Source of the DNA: an uncultured Candidatus Saccharibacteria bacterium
GTDB lineage: Bacteria > Patescibacteriota > Minisyncoccia > Phycocordibacterales > DATDWN01
Reading direction: 5' to 3'
Assembly (NCBI GenBank): GCA_964391455.1
Contig: CAYMJQ010000003.1
Span: forward strand, 12,435-76,434
Length of the DNA: 64,000 nucleotides
A model generated the notes under the pieces. It saw only the letters and a list, made by a program, of their open reading frames with translations. It was not told the DNA's origin and made no database searches. Shown piece after piece: positions 56,800-64,000 of the stretch. Made by a program: the position numbers and the translations under genes. Position 1 is the stretch's first letter. Every line of letters begins with the position of its first letter.

Positions 56800-57282
56800 T
56801 TAAAGATGTTGGTCTACTTTCTCGACAAAGCGATGCTTTAAGTAAAGTATTCTAGCTGTGGCTGGACGAGTTCCCAGTGCAATGGGAATCGAAAGATCCT
56901 TGTCTTTCGCCCAAACAGAAAGGAAGAAATCTGCGTGATGGACTTGAGTAGAAACAATTACCACGTCGTTTCTTATCCCAACTCTATCAACTAGACTCAC
57001 TGCCTCTTGAGCGTACGAGGAATTGTCCAGACAAGAAGCCCTGTGCCCGAAACAGTTGTGCTGGCTAAACCTGGAAACACCCAGACAAGAAGCTAGAATC
57101 AAACTAGTCTCTTCTGCTCTTATGGAAGGAGAAGAGAGAATGGCGATACGAGAACCTTTTAGCTTTAGCATAAGAATTCTCGCCAAAGCAAAAACGTTAC
57201 TCCTACCTCTATCTGTCAAACTCCCATTGCTACGGTTGTATTCTCCATTGCAAACAACGATTAATTTTTCCAACATGTACAC
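56800..57282 (-). CDS. histidine-phosphatase-superfamily-like protein (SixA-like) lacking the canonical RHG catalytic motif
   Basis: Carries VVCNGE in place of RHGE. A TTGACA-17-TAATCT promoter and GGGAGG RBS are present. The gene is GC-richer than its flanks. Confidence 0.45.
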   Translation of the reverse strand: MYMLEKLIVVCNGEYNRSNGSLTDRGRSNVFALARILMLKLKGSRIAILSSPSIRAEETSLILASCLGVSRFSQHNCFGHRASCLDNSSYAQEAVSLVDRVGIRNDVVIVSTQVHHADFFLSVWAKDKDLSIPIALGTRPATARILYLKHRFVEKVDQHL

Positions 57283-57332
57283 CTCCCAAGAAAAAGATTA
57301 GGTTTTTAAAAAAACTTTGTCAAATTTATATT

Positions 57333-57365
57333 GAAAAAGGTCGGGGGCAAATCCCCGACCTTTTT
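57333..57365 (-). terminator. terminator (ggtcgggg gcaaat ccccgacc + T-run)
   Basis: An 8-bp GC stem. Confidence 0.6.
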
Positions 57366-57372
57366 GAAGAAC

Positions 57373-57876
57373 CTAGATTTTCAAAACATACCACTGAACA
57401 GAAAGTTCCCTACGAAGCCTACTCTGTCTCTCTGCCCAAATCGGAAATCCAAGAGACATTCTGCTAAAGAACTCAGATCTCTTACTTGAACTAGTATTAC
57501 GAGAAAGAGTTCTAAAAAATCTAGCTCCCTCTCCATGATACCAATTCAAATTGTGACGCCCTCTCATCTGGTCAGCGAAAAACCCAGACAGCAGGAGAAT
57601 TTGACAAGCAACTGCTTCACAAACCTCAGGGTCAGAAACAATGTCTCCAACCTGAGAATTCGGCAAAATATGGTTGTCAAACACCTGAGACAAATTCCTT
57701 GGACACGGAATAGTCTCAGTTGAGTCACAGGAAACTTGAGCAAAGTGTGCCAGAACACTTGCGTTATACAAGAGTTCATCTTCTCTTACTTCACCTTGAG
57801 AAACATCTTTCAGTCCCCCAAAGAAAAACTGTAGAGCTTGCCTGTGGTTTACAGAGAGAGGTTCTGCAAAAGACAT
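57373..57876 (-). CDS. hypothetical protein, GC-richer than flanks
   Basis: Starts MSFAEPLSVNH... with GGAGGG upstream. No motif recognised. Confidence 0.4.
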   Translation of the reverse strand: MSFAEPLSVNHRQALQFFFGGLKDVSQGEVREDELLYNASVLAHFAQVSCDSTETIPCPRNLSQVFDNHILPNSQVGDIVSDPEVCEAVACQILLLSGFFADQMRGRHNLNWYHGEGARFFRTLSRNTSSSKRSEFFSRMSLGFPIWAERQSRLRRELSVQWYVLKI

Positions 57877-57896
57877 ACACCCTCCTACGATAGATA

Positions 57897-58859
57897 TTAT
57901 AACTTTATAACAAATCTGCAATCTTTATGTTCTATATCTTTTATAAATTTTTGACAAAAATCATTCCTTTCTTCCTCCTTCATCAAATCTGGAGCAAATG
58001 CTTTCATATTAAATGGAAAAAGCTCAAATACAGTTTCGGTTTTTCTAAAATCCACTTTTACCCCAAGACCTACTGTCGTGTCGCCAAAATTTTGATCAAA
58101 AACAAAGTTTCCTAATGAGTAAAATATTGCCTTACCTTTATAGACCTCCATATTTTGTACAACATGTGGATGATGCCCAAAAATAATATCCGCTCCAGAA
58201 TCTATAAGTTTGTAAGCGATATTTCTTTGATTCAAATCATTTTTTAATTCATACTCCCTACCCCAATGAATATGTAAAACTACTAAATCATTTTCTGATT
58301 TTAATTTTTGAATTAATGGATAAAATCTAGAAAGAGGTATTACTTGAATCGTTTCATCTATTCCCAAAAATGCGACTTTTTTCCCTGAAATTTCTTTTAC
58401 TAAATAACTTCGTTCTAAATTACTATCTCCTATATATTCAATACTAGAAGAAGCAAGGTATTTTTTCGTATCATCTAATCCCTTCCTATAACAATCATAC
58501 GTATGATTATTTGCCAGATTAACCATGTTAACTCCAATACTCTCAAGTCTGTTTATTGTATCAGGCGAAAACTGAAAATTATAAGCTTTTTGCTGACAAT
58601 CACTCCTTCTCATATTAGTGATTGGGCCTTCCAGGTTAACAACAAAGACATTATATTCACCGAATATGTTTAAATCTTTTTTAATATACTCAAAAGGATC
58701 TCTATCTCGATTCTCTATTATGTTTCTAACACCTCTATCGAACATCACATCTCCAAAACTTAGAATTTTTACACTTGGTTCTTTTTCAAAAACAAAGTTA
58801 TAAGAAATCACAAATACTAAACATAGAACAAGTATTATTAAAAAATAATATTTTTTCAT
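57897..58859 (-). CDS. capA: CapA-family metallophosphatase (poly-gamma-glutamate biosynthesis CapA-like)
   Basis: Carries GDVMFDR, NLANNH, GIDE, HWGREYE and GHHPH motifs. Confidence 0.75.
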   Translation of the reverse strand: MKKYYFLIILVLCLVFVISYNFVFEKEPSVKILSFGDVMFDRGVRNIIENRDRDPFEYIKKDLNIFGEYNVFVVNLEGPITNMRRSDCQQKAYNFQFSPDTINRLESIGVNMVNLANNHTYDCYRKGLDDTKKYLASSSIEYIGDSNLERSYLVKEISGKKVAFLGIDETIQVIPLSRFYPLIQKLKSENDLVVLHIHWGREYELKNDLNQRNIAYKLIDSGADIIFGHHPHVVQNMEVYKGKAIFYSLGNFVFDQNFGDTTVGLGVKVDFRKTETVFELFPFNMKAFAPDLMKEEERNDFCQKFIKDIEHKDCRFVIKL

Positions 58860-58965
58860 TTATAAACAATTTTAACATGAATAATAAAAGAAAATGTAAT
58901 CAAGACTATTTAAACATTAAAAAAGAAAAGCACACCTAGAAAGGATGTGCTCCTCTTGGTGCGCC

Positions 58966-59253
58966 CTAGCTGGCAAAGACACTTGTCTCATTTTTGCCAG
59001 TGTTTAGATAGTTTTCATATTCTTGCCAAAACTTTTTCAAAGCAGTTTTAGCATTTTTTATTGCTTCATTATACCTTTCATTTTTATACATTTCCATAGC
59101 AACTACAGAAAAAGCCTTAACACTGGTGGAAGGTGTAAAACCCTTCATGCCACCACCAACTTCAAAAGCTTTTTCTAGGCTAAGAATTTGAATTCTGGCT
59201 CTGGTTTTTAAACTCAGCCTTGACATAGAAGAACCCCCAAAAATAAAATACAT
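58966..59253 (-). CDS. hypothetical small protein
   Basis: 95 aa. The start is uncertain (possibly MSRLSL). Confidence 0.3.
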   Translation of the reverse strand: MYFIFGGSSMSRLSLKTRARIQILSLEKAFEVGGGMKGFTPSTSVKAFSVVAMEMYKNERYNEAIKNAKTALKKFWQEYENYLNTGKNETSVFAS

Positions 59254-59286
59254 TTAAAATAATGTTATGTCAATTACAAATTGACG

Positions 59287-60972
59287 CTACAAAAATAGTC
59301 TGGCGATTCTTATTTTTAAATAACTTGGTTTCTTTTTCTTTCTTAATAAGTAATTATAAACCGGAGATAAATTCTTTGTACCCAAATCTTCAAATGCATC
59401 TAAAATATCATCTAATTCACTTCTCTTTAATTCTCTTTTTAAATAATCCACATCAGGACACTTATTATCACTTTTTAAATCTTCAATATGAGAAATGATA
59501 GTCTCTTCTTTGACGCCACGAGCTTTGGCAATATCTTTTAATGGCCTTTGCTCTTGAAGCATTTCTAAAGTAATATCTGTGGTACTCTTTTTCATCTCTT
59601 TCTCTTTTCTTTTTATTTTAATTTTTTCTTCGGGCTCTATTTTTTTAATCCATTGTTTTTGCTTCTCTAAAATCTCACTTTTTTTCATAGATTTTAGGTC
59701 TTCTACTGCTTCTTCTGATTTATCTCTAAAATCTTTATCTGTCTTTAGAACCTCTGAAGAGACTTCAAGTGACATCTGGTTAAATCCTAAAAGTTTTATA
59801 CCCTCCAATGTTCTCACCCGAGAAAGCGCGACATAACCCATGCCCTTTACAAAAGATTTTGATAAATCTACCTCCATAGCATCCAAAGACATCCCCTGAC
59901 TTTTATGAACCGTTATGGCCCAAGCAAGACGAAGTGGCAGTTGAGTTATTTCTGCTTTAACCTTGCCGTCCTCTTCTATCCTCCAAGACTGTGGCGTCAC
60001 AGACAACTCCAAACCACTGTTTGTAAGAACAACAGGAAAACCATATGAATCAAAATCTTTAACAACCCCCAATGTGCCATTTACATACAATCCTTCTGGA
60101 TGATTTTTGGTAAACATAACCCTAGCTCCAATTTTTAACTCAAGCTCTTCTGGAGAAAGACAACTTTTTTTTAAGGTTTCAGATAATCCTGTAGAACCAG
60201 AACTAGTCATATAAAATTTTTTAGATTTTTCCCCTATAAGATCCAAATGTTTTTTATTAACCACATCTACATCTATATTATGAGTATATAGTCTTGTGTA
60301 TTCGCCAACACTTTCCAAATCTTGATTGAATCTAGACTTCAAAAGATCTAAAGTTCTACTAGAGACTTTATCTTCGCGAATCTGATTCAATATAGAAAGA
60401 TAAGTATTGTCTTTTTGTCTATGTTGTTCCGAAAGATAACATATTGTAAATTTTGCATTTCTAAAACTCTCTGATTTATATACAAATTCTAATTCTTGTT
60501 CTGCATCAAAATAACTCAAGTTTTTTAATCGAGTAACCGGTGGTAATTGAAAAAAATCTCCACATAAAATAATTTGCATACCGCCAAATGGTTTTTCATC
60601 TCTCTTCATCTGTCTGCAAATCCAATCAATCATATCTAGACGATAATTATGAAGCATAGATACTTCATCAATGATTAAAACTTTTGTTTTTTGAAACCTT
60701 TTATACAAATACTGTCTTTCCATTAAATCCTCTATATCATAGTCAGTTAGAGTATCTTTTATTCCAAGCCCCGACCAAGAGTGTATGGTCATACCGCCTA
60801 TATGTGTAGCAGCTATTCCTGTGGAAGCAGTCACCGCAACATCCACTCCATGATTTTTCAAATAATTAACATATTCATTTATTACATAAGTTTTCCCACT
60901 ACCAGCAGGACCGGTTAAAAATACATTCTTACCCATTTTTAGAATATCCAAAGCTTGTGATTGAAGCATCAA
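59287..60972 (-). CDS. Pif1/RecD-like superfamily-1 DNA helicase with C-terminal HTH-like extension
   Basis: Carries GPAGSGKTY Walker A, DEVSML Walker B and CGDFFQLPPV motifs. Confidence 0.8.
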   Translation of the reverse strand: MMLQSQALDILKMGKNVFLTGPAGSGKTYVINEYVNYLKNHGVDVAVTASTGIAATHIGGMTIHSWSGLGIKDTLTDYDIEDLMERQYLYKRFQKTKVLIIDEVSMLHNYRLDMIDWICRQMKRDEKPFGGMQIILCGDFFQLPPVTRLKNLSYFDAEQELEFVYKSESFRNAKFTICYLSEQHRQKDNTYLSILNQIREDKVSSRTLDLLKSRFNQDLESVGEYTRLYTHNIDVDVVNKKHLDLIGEKSKKFYMTSSGSTGLSETLKKSCLSPEELELKIGARVMFTKNHPEGLYVNGTLGVVKDFDSYGFPVVLTNSGLELSVTPQSWRIEEDGKVKAEITQLPLRLAWAITVHKSQGMSLDAMEVDLSKSFVKGMGYVALSRVRTLEGIKLLGFNQMSLEVSSEVLKTDKDFRDKSEEAVEDLKSMKKSEILEKQKQWIKKIEPEEKIKIKRKEKEMKKSTTDITLEMLQEQRPLKDIAKARGVKEETIISHIEDLKSDNKCPDVDYLKRELKRSELDDILDAFEDLGTKNLSPVYNYLLRKKKKPSYLKIRIARLFL

Positions 60973-61031
60973 AACATTGTATCAGTATGTATCAAAAAAC
61001 TATCAATTGACATACTGTGATTTTTGATATT

Positions 61032-61688
61032 CTATTTATTTTTTAACTTCCATTTTTCAATTTCTGTATGATTTCCAGAAAGCAAAACTTTTGGGACTCT
61101 ATATTTTTTACCTTTGTATTCAAAAAATTCGGGTCTGGTATAAACCTCATGACTAGAGACTCTATTTTCTTCAAGAGAGTTAAAATTCCCTAAAACACCT
61201 TGTATTTGTCTGGAAACACAGTCTATATATATCATCGCTGGTAATTCACCTCCAGTTAAAATAAAAGGCCCAATAGAAACTTCTTCCATTTTAAAGACTT
61301 TTTTAACCCTAGCGTCTACACCTTCATATCTACCGCAAACCAAAATAATATCTTTTATTTGATTTTTATTTTTTTTTGTAATCTTTTTTGCATATTCATT
61401 TGTAAATTCTTTACCTCCAGGAGTAAAAAATACAATTTTGTATTTTTTTTTACCTATTTTTTTTAAAGATTTCTCGATTGCCTTGATAACAGGCAATGCT
61501 TGTATAACCATACCAGGTCCACCACTATATGGTTTCTGATCAACTCGTTTCCATTTATCATCCGAATAATCCCTAGGGTTATAAAAATAGACTTTTATTT
61601 TCTTATCCTCTATTGCCCTAGAAATAATAGACTCATTTAGATATGAATCAAAAGCACTCGGAAACAAAGTTATGATATGAAAATTCAT
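61032..61688 (-). CDS. trmD: tRNA (guanine37-N1)-methyltransferase
   Basis: A SPOUT-fold TrmD sequence. Confidence 0.9.
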   Translation of the reverse strand: MNFHIITLFPSAFDSYLNESIISRAIEDKKIKVYFYNPRDYSDDKWKRVDQKPYSGGPGMVIQALPVIKAIEKSLKKIGKKKYKIVFFTPGGKEFTNEYAKKITKKNKNQIKDIILVCGRYEGVDARVKKVFKMEEVSIGPFILTGGELPAMIYIDCVSRQIQGVLGNFNSLEENRVSSHEVYTRPEFFEYKGKKYRVPKVLLSGNHTEIEKWKLKNK

Positions 61689-61753
61689 ATTTTATTTATA
61701 ACACAAAAAATATACACAGTAAAGGGCGTAAGATTATTACGCCCTTACACAGT

Positions 61754-61927
61754 CTATGCCACCCTATTCTTCGGTGGAATTTCCTCCCTCTTGATATTTT
61801 TTACCACCTGAGAAGCCAGGTGCCAATTTGATATTGGCTCCTGACACATATTGCATTTGTTGTCTCCCTTGAAGGCCTGCCAAGCTCCGCAGTGTGGCTT
61901 ATCACAGCATATCCAACGTTCAGACAT
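61754..61927 (-). CDS. 57-aa Cys-rich zinc-ribbon-like small protein (not in supplied ORF track; below its length cutoff)
   Basis: Own translation: MSERWICCDKPHCGAWQAFKGDNKCNMCQEPISNWHLASQVVKNIKREEIPPKNRVA. GGAGGG lies 8 nt before the ATG. The gene sits between the KH-protein terminator and trmD and is GC-richer than its flanks. Confidence 0.5.
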   Translation of the reverse strand: MSERWICCDKPHCGAWQAFKGDNKCNMCQEPISNWHLASQVVKNIKREEIPPKNRVA

Positions 61928-61961
61928 TGTGATACCCTCCTAAAAAATTATAACCCTAAAC

Positions 61962-61995
61962 AAAAAAGAACTCTAGCTTCTAGAGTTCTTTTTTG
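61962..61995. terminator. bidirectional terminator (gaactctag ctt ctagagttc + T-run)
   Basis: A 9-bp stem flanked by A6 and T6. Confidence 0.65.
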
Positions 61996-62015
61996 TTATT
62001 TTAATAACTACAAAA

Positions 62016-62330
62016 CTATAGTTTTAAGTCATTCATAGCTTCATCTAAAGATTTTGTAGAACTTTGCTTAACTTCACTTATAATTCCTTCTGGTTCGTTA
62101 ATCTTTAAATTAACTCTAGAATTATTTTTCATACCGACAACTCTAAGCAACGTCCTTATCGCTTTAGCAGTATTGCCTTCGCGACCTATTATCTTACCCA
62201 TATCGTCTTTATTTACATCCAAGGTCATTAAAACACCCATCTCATCTACAGTCCTAGTTATTTTCACGTCTTCTGGTTTTTCAACCAATGCTTTCACAAC
62301 AAATTCTAAAAATTTTACATCATTTTCCAT
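62016..62330 (-). CDS. KH-domain RNA-binding protein (YlqC-like) of the rpsP-trmD cluster
   Basis: Carries the GKIIGREGNTAKAIRTL KH motif. Confidence 0.8.
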   Translation of the reverse strand: MENDVKFLEFVVKALVEKPEDVKITRTVDEMGVLMTLDVNKDDMGKIIGREGNTAKAIRTLLRVVGMKNNSRVNLKINEPEGIISEVKQSSTKSLDEAMNDLKL

Positions 62331-62405
62331 AGTATCAATTCAGTTAATTTTAAAGTCTTACAGTCTCAATTTTATAATCAAAAAATACGGTCGTCAAACA
62401 ACTTA

Positions 62406-62885
62406 TTAAACAGTTGTAGTTTCTGTTGAGTTTTCTGCATCAGAAGTTTCTGTTACAGCCTCCGATGTAGTCTCTGCAACTGGAGATTCCAGAGGAGCTT
62501 CTACAACTGGAGTTTCTGGCGTAATTTCTGTTGTTGATGCCTCTGTCGGTGTTGGCTCTGGTGGAACAGAAGAGACTGGAGCTTCCACCGGTGGAATATC
62601 TTTAACTATTGCTTTTTTAAGTGGAAGTACGTTTACTTTTTTACCAGAAACAACCTTTTTATCCACAAGTATATTGTGAACTGTACCTGAAACTTGAGCC
62701 CCTTTACTCATCCAATATTCTACCCTATCTTTTTTTATTTCAGACTTTTCTCCTCTTCTTGCATCATAACTTCCGAGTGATTCTAGATATTTACCACTTT
62801 TTGTTGAGTTTTTTGAATCAGTCAAAACAAGCCTAAAAACTGGCTCATGCTTTCTCCCTACTCTCTGTAGTCTTATTTTTAACAT
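62406..62885 (-). CDS. rpsP: 30S ribosomal protein S16 with Thr/Glu/Pro-rich C-terminal extension
   Basis: Starts MLKIRLQRVGRKHEPVFRLVL... Confidence 0.9.
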   Translation of the reverse strand: MLKIRLQRVGRKHEPVFRLVLTDSKNSTKSGKYLESLGSYDARRGEKSEIKKDRVEYWMSKGAQVSGTVHNILVDKKVVSGKKVNVLPLKKAIVKDIPPVEAPVSSVPPEPTPTEASTTEITPETPVVEAPLESPVAETTSEAVTETSDAENSTETTTV

Positions 62886-62953
62886 GGGCTATATACTAAC
62901 AAAAGAAACCAAAATGGTCAAATAACTCAATATTTGCTAGTATATCTCTACTT

Positions 62954-64000
62954 ATGAAAAAAGACTCTTTTATAGGTCCTATAATAGTAAACACTAAAGG
63001 TGTTGGTTTTTTTGACCCAAAACCAGAGGAAAAAAACAGAGAAAATAGTATAGAAATTCAACCTCAATTTTTAAATAAAGCTTTAAATGGAGATACCGTA
63101 GAAGTCGTATTAACCGGTGAAAAAATAAAAAACAGAGTCCAGGGTAAAGTTGTAAAAATAATAAAACGGGCAAAAGAAGAATTCGTCGGTGTAATAACAA
63201 AAAAAAACGGTAAAACTTTTATTATTCCTGACGACCAAAGGCTTTACGTAGATATTTTCTTAAAAGAGGATACTAAAGCCCCTGAGGGTGAAAAAGTGTT
63301 AGTAAAGATAATTGATTGGGACACTCTTTCTGGAGAAATTATAAAAGTAATAGGTAAAAAAGGTGAAAACAATACAGAAATGGAATCAATTATCCTGGAA
63401 AAAGGTTTTAGGATAGAATTCCCCGAAGCAGTACAGAAAGAAGCCTTACAGATTAAATCCAAATCAGAAACAGAGGTTTCTGCGGAAATTAAAAATCGTC
63501 GAGATATGCGAAATGTCACAACAATGACAATTGATCCTTTTGACGCTAAAGATTTTGATGATGCAATATCTTTTGTAGACCTTGGCAACAACCAATATGA
63601 AATTGGAGTTCATATAGCCGATGTATCACATTACGTTACGCCTGGTTCTGAATTAGACAAAGAAGCAGAAAAAAGAGGTCTCTCTGTTTACCTTGTCGAC
63701 AGAACCATACCAATGCTTCCAGAAATACTTTCCAATGATCTCTGTTCTCTAAATCCAAATGAAGATAAATTTACTTTTTCAGCAGTATTTAAAATAACCA
63801 ATGAAGGAGAAGTGTTGGAAGAATGGTTTGGAAGAACAGTAATACATTCTGACAAAAGATTTACTTATGAAGATGCAAACGAAGTTATACTTGGAAAACA
63901 AGACGGACCTTTTCAAACTGAACTTAGAAAATTAAACGAAATAGCAAAAAACCTTGAGAAAAAGAAATCTCAGGATGGTGCAATGAGTTTTGATACTGAA
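62954..64000 (+). CDS. rnr: ribonuclease R (RNB family), runs off window end
   Basis: Own translation from the ATG at 62954 is open to 64000. It shows N-terminal cold-shock-like domains and the start of the RNB domain (MTIDPFDAKDFDDAIS). It is absent from the track because no stop lies in the window. Confidence 0.8.
   Translation, partial: MKKDSFIGPIIVNTKGVGFFDPKPEEKNRENSIEIQPQFLNKALNGDTVEVVLTGEKIKNRVQGKVVKIIKRAKEEFVGVITKKNGKTFIIPDDQRLYVDIFLKEDTKAPEGEKVLVKIIDWDTLSGEIIKVIGKKGENNTEMESIILEKGFRIEFPEAVQKEALQIKSKSETEVSAEIKNRRDMRNVTTMTIDPFDAKDFDDAISFVDLGNNQYEIGVHIADVSHYVTPGSELDKEAEKRGLSVYLVDRTIPMLPEILSNDLCSLNPNEDKFTFSAVFKITNEGEVLEEWFGRTVIHSDKRFTYEDANEVILGKQDGPFQTELRKLNEIAKNLEKKKSQDGAMSFDTE

Overview
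This is an AT-rich (roughly one-third GC by eye, not computed), tightly packed bacterial chromosomal segment with very short intergenic spacers, frequent GGAGG-type ribosome-binding sites and many hairpin+T-run terminators. The gene content is a reduced-genome housekeeping set of the kind seen in Patescibacteria/CPR-like or other small low-GC genomes. It comprises greA (partial), mrdA-mreD-mreC-mreB, a minimal proS, rseP, frr, holB, a second mreB paralog, priA-def-fmt, hpf, a NUDIX hydrolase, tRNA-Asn, a DUF305 protein, a SET-domain protein, uppP, mscL, typA, a complete F-type ATP synthase operon (atpI-like, B, E, F, H, A, G, D, C), a truB-like synthase, hisS, a DEDD exonuclease, a DsbA-like oxidoreductase, a UvrD-like helicase fused to a RecB/Cas4-type nuclease, rpoD-dnaG, rpoB-rpoC, lexA with a Cheo-type SOS box, a GDSL hydrolase, capA, a Pif1/RecD-like helicase, trmD, a KH protein, rpsP and rnr (partial). 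No rRNA gene or CRISPR array was seen. The most striking property is compositional mosaicism. At least eight short, visibly GC-richer modules sit between housekeeping genes. Most carry their own strong RBS and hairpin terminator, and several carry a sigma70-consensus promoter (TTGACA-17-TAxTAT). The modules are (i) a roughly 1.9-kb island abutting tRNA-Asn, which has three direct copies of the tRNA 3' end, three small promoter-equipped ORFs and a repeated 27-bp palindromic element. They also include (ii) a 72-codon GC-rich cassette next to the lexA SOS box that contains six perfect hairpins; (iii) a 218-aa GC-rich gene whose promoter is nearly identical to that of (ii); (iv-vii) small GC-rich genes at 9068-9283, 26024-26329 and 61754-61927 (the last missed by the ORF track) and the pair at 56800-57876; and (viii) GC-rich structured non-coding elements at 4381-4500, 5790-6300 and 35740-35858. 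The structured elements comprise a candidate small RNA with its own terminator, and a riboswitch or attenuator-like proS leader with two tandem terminators. Other notable items are a frameshifted and deleted remnant of a 23S-IVS four-helix-bundle protein gene, and a 65-bp duplicated promoter plus start module.
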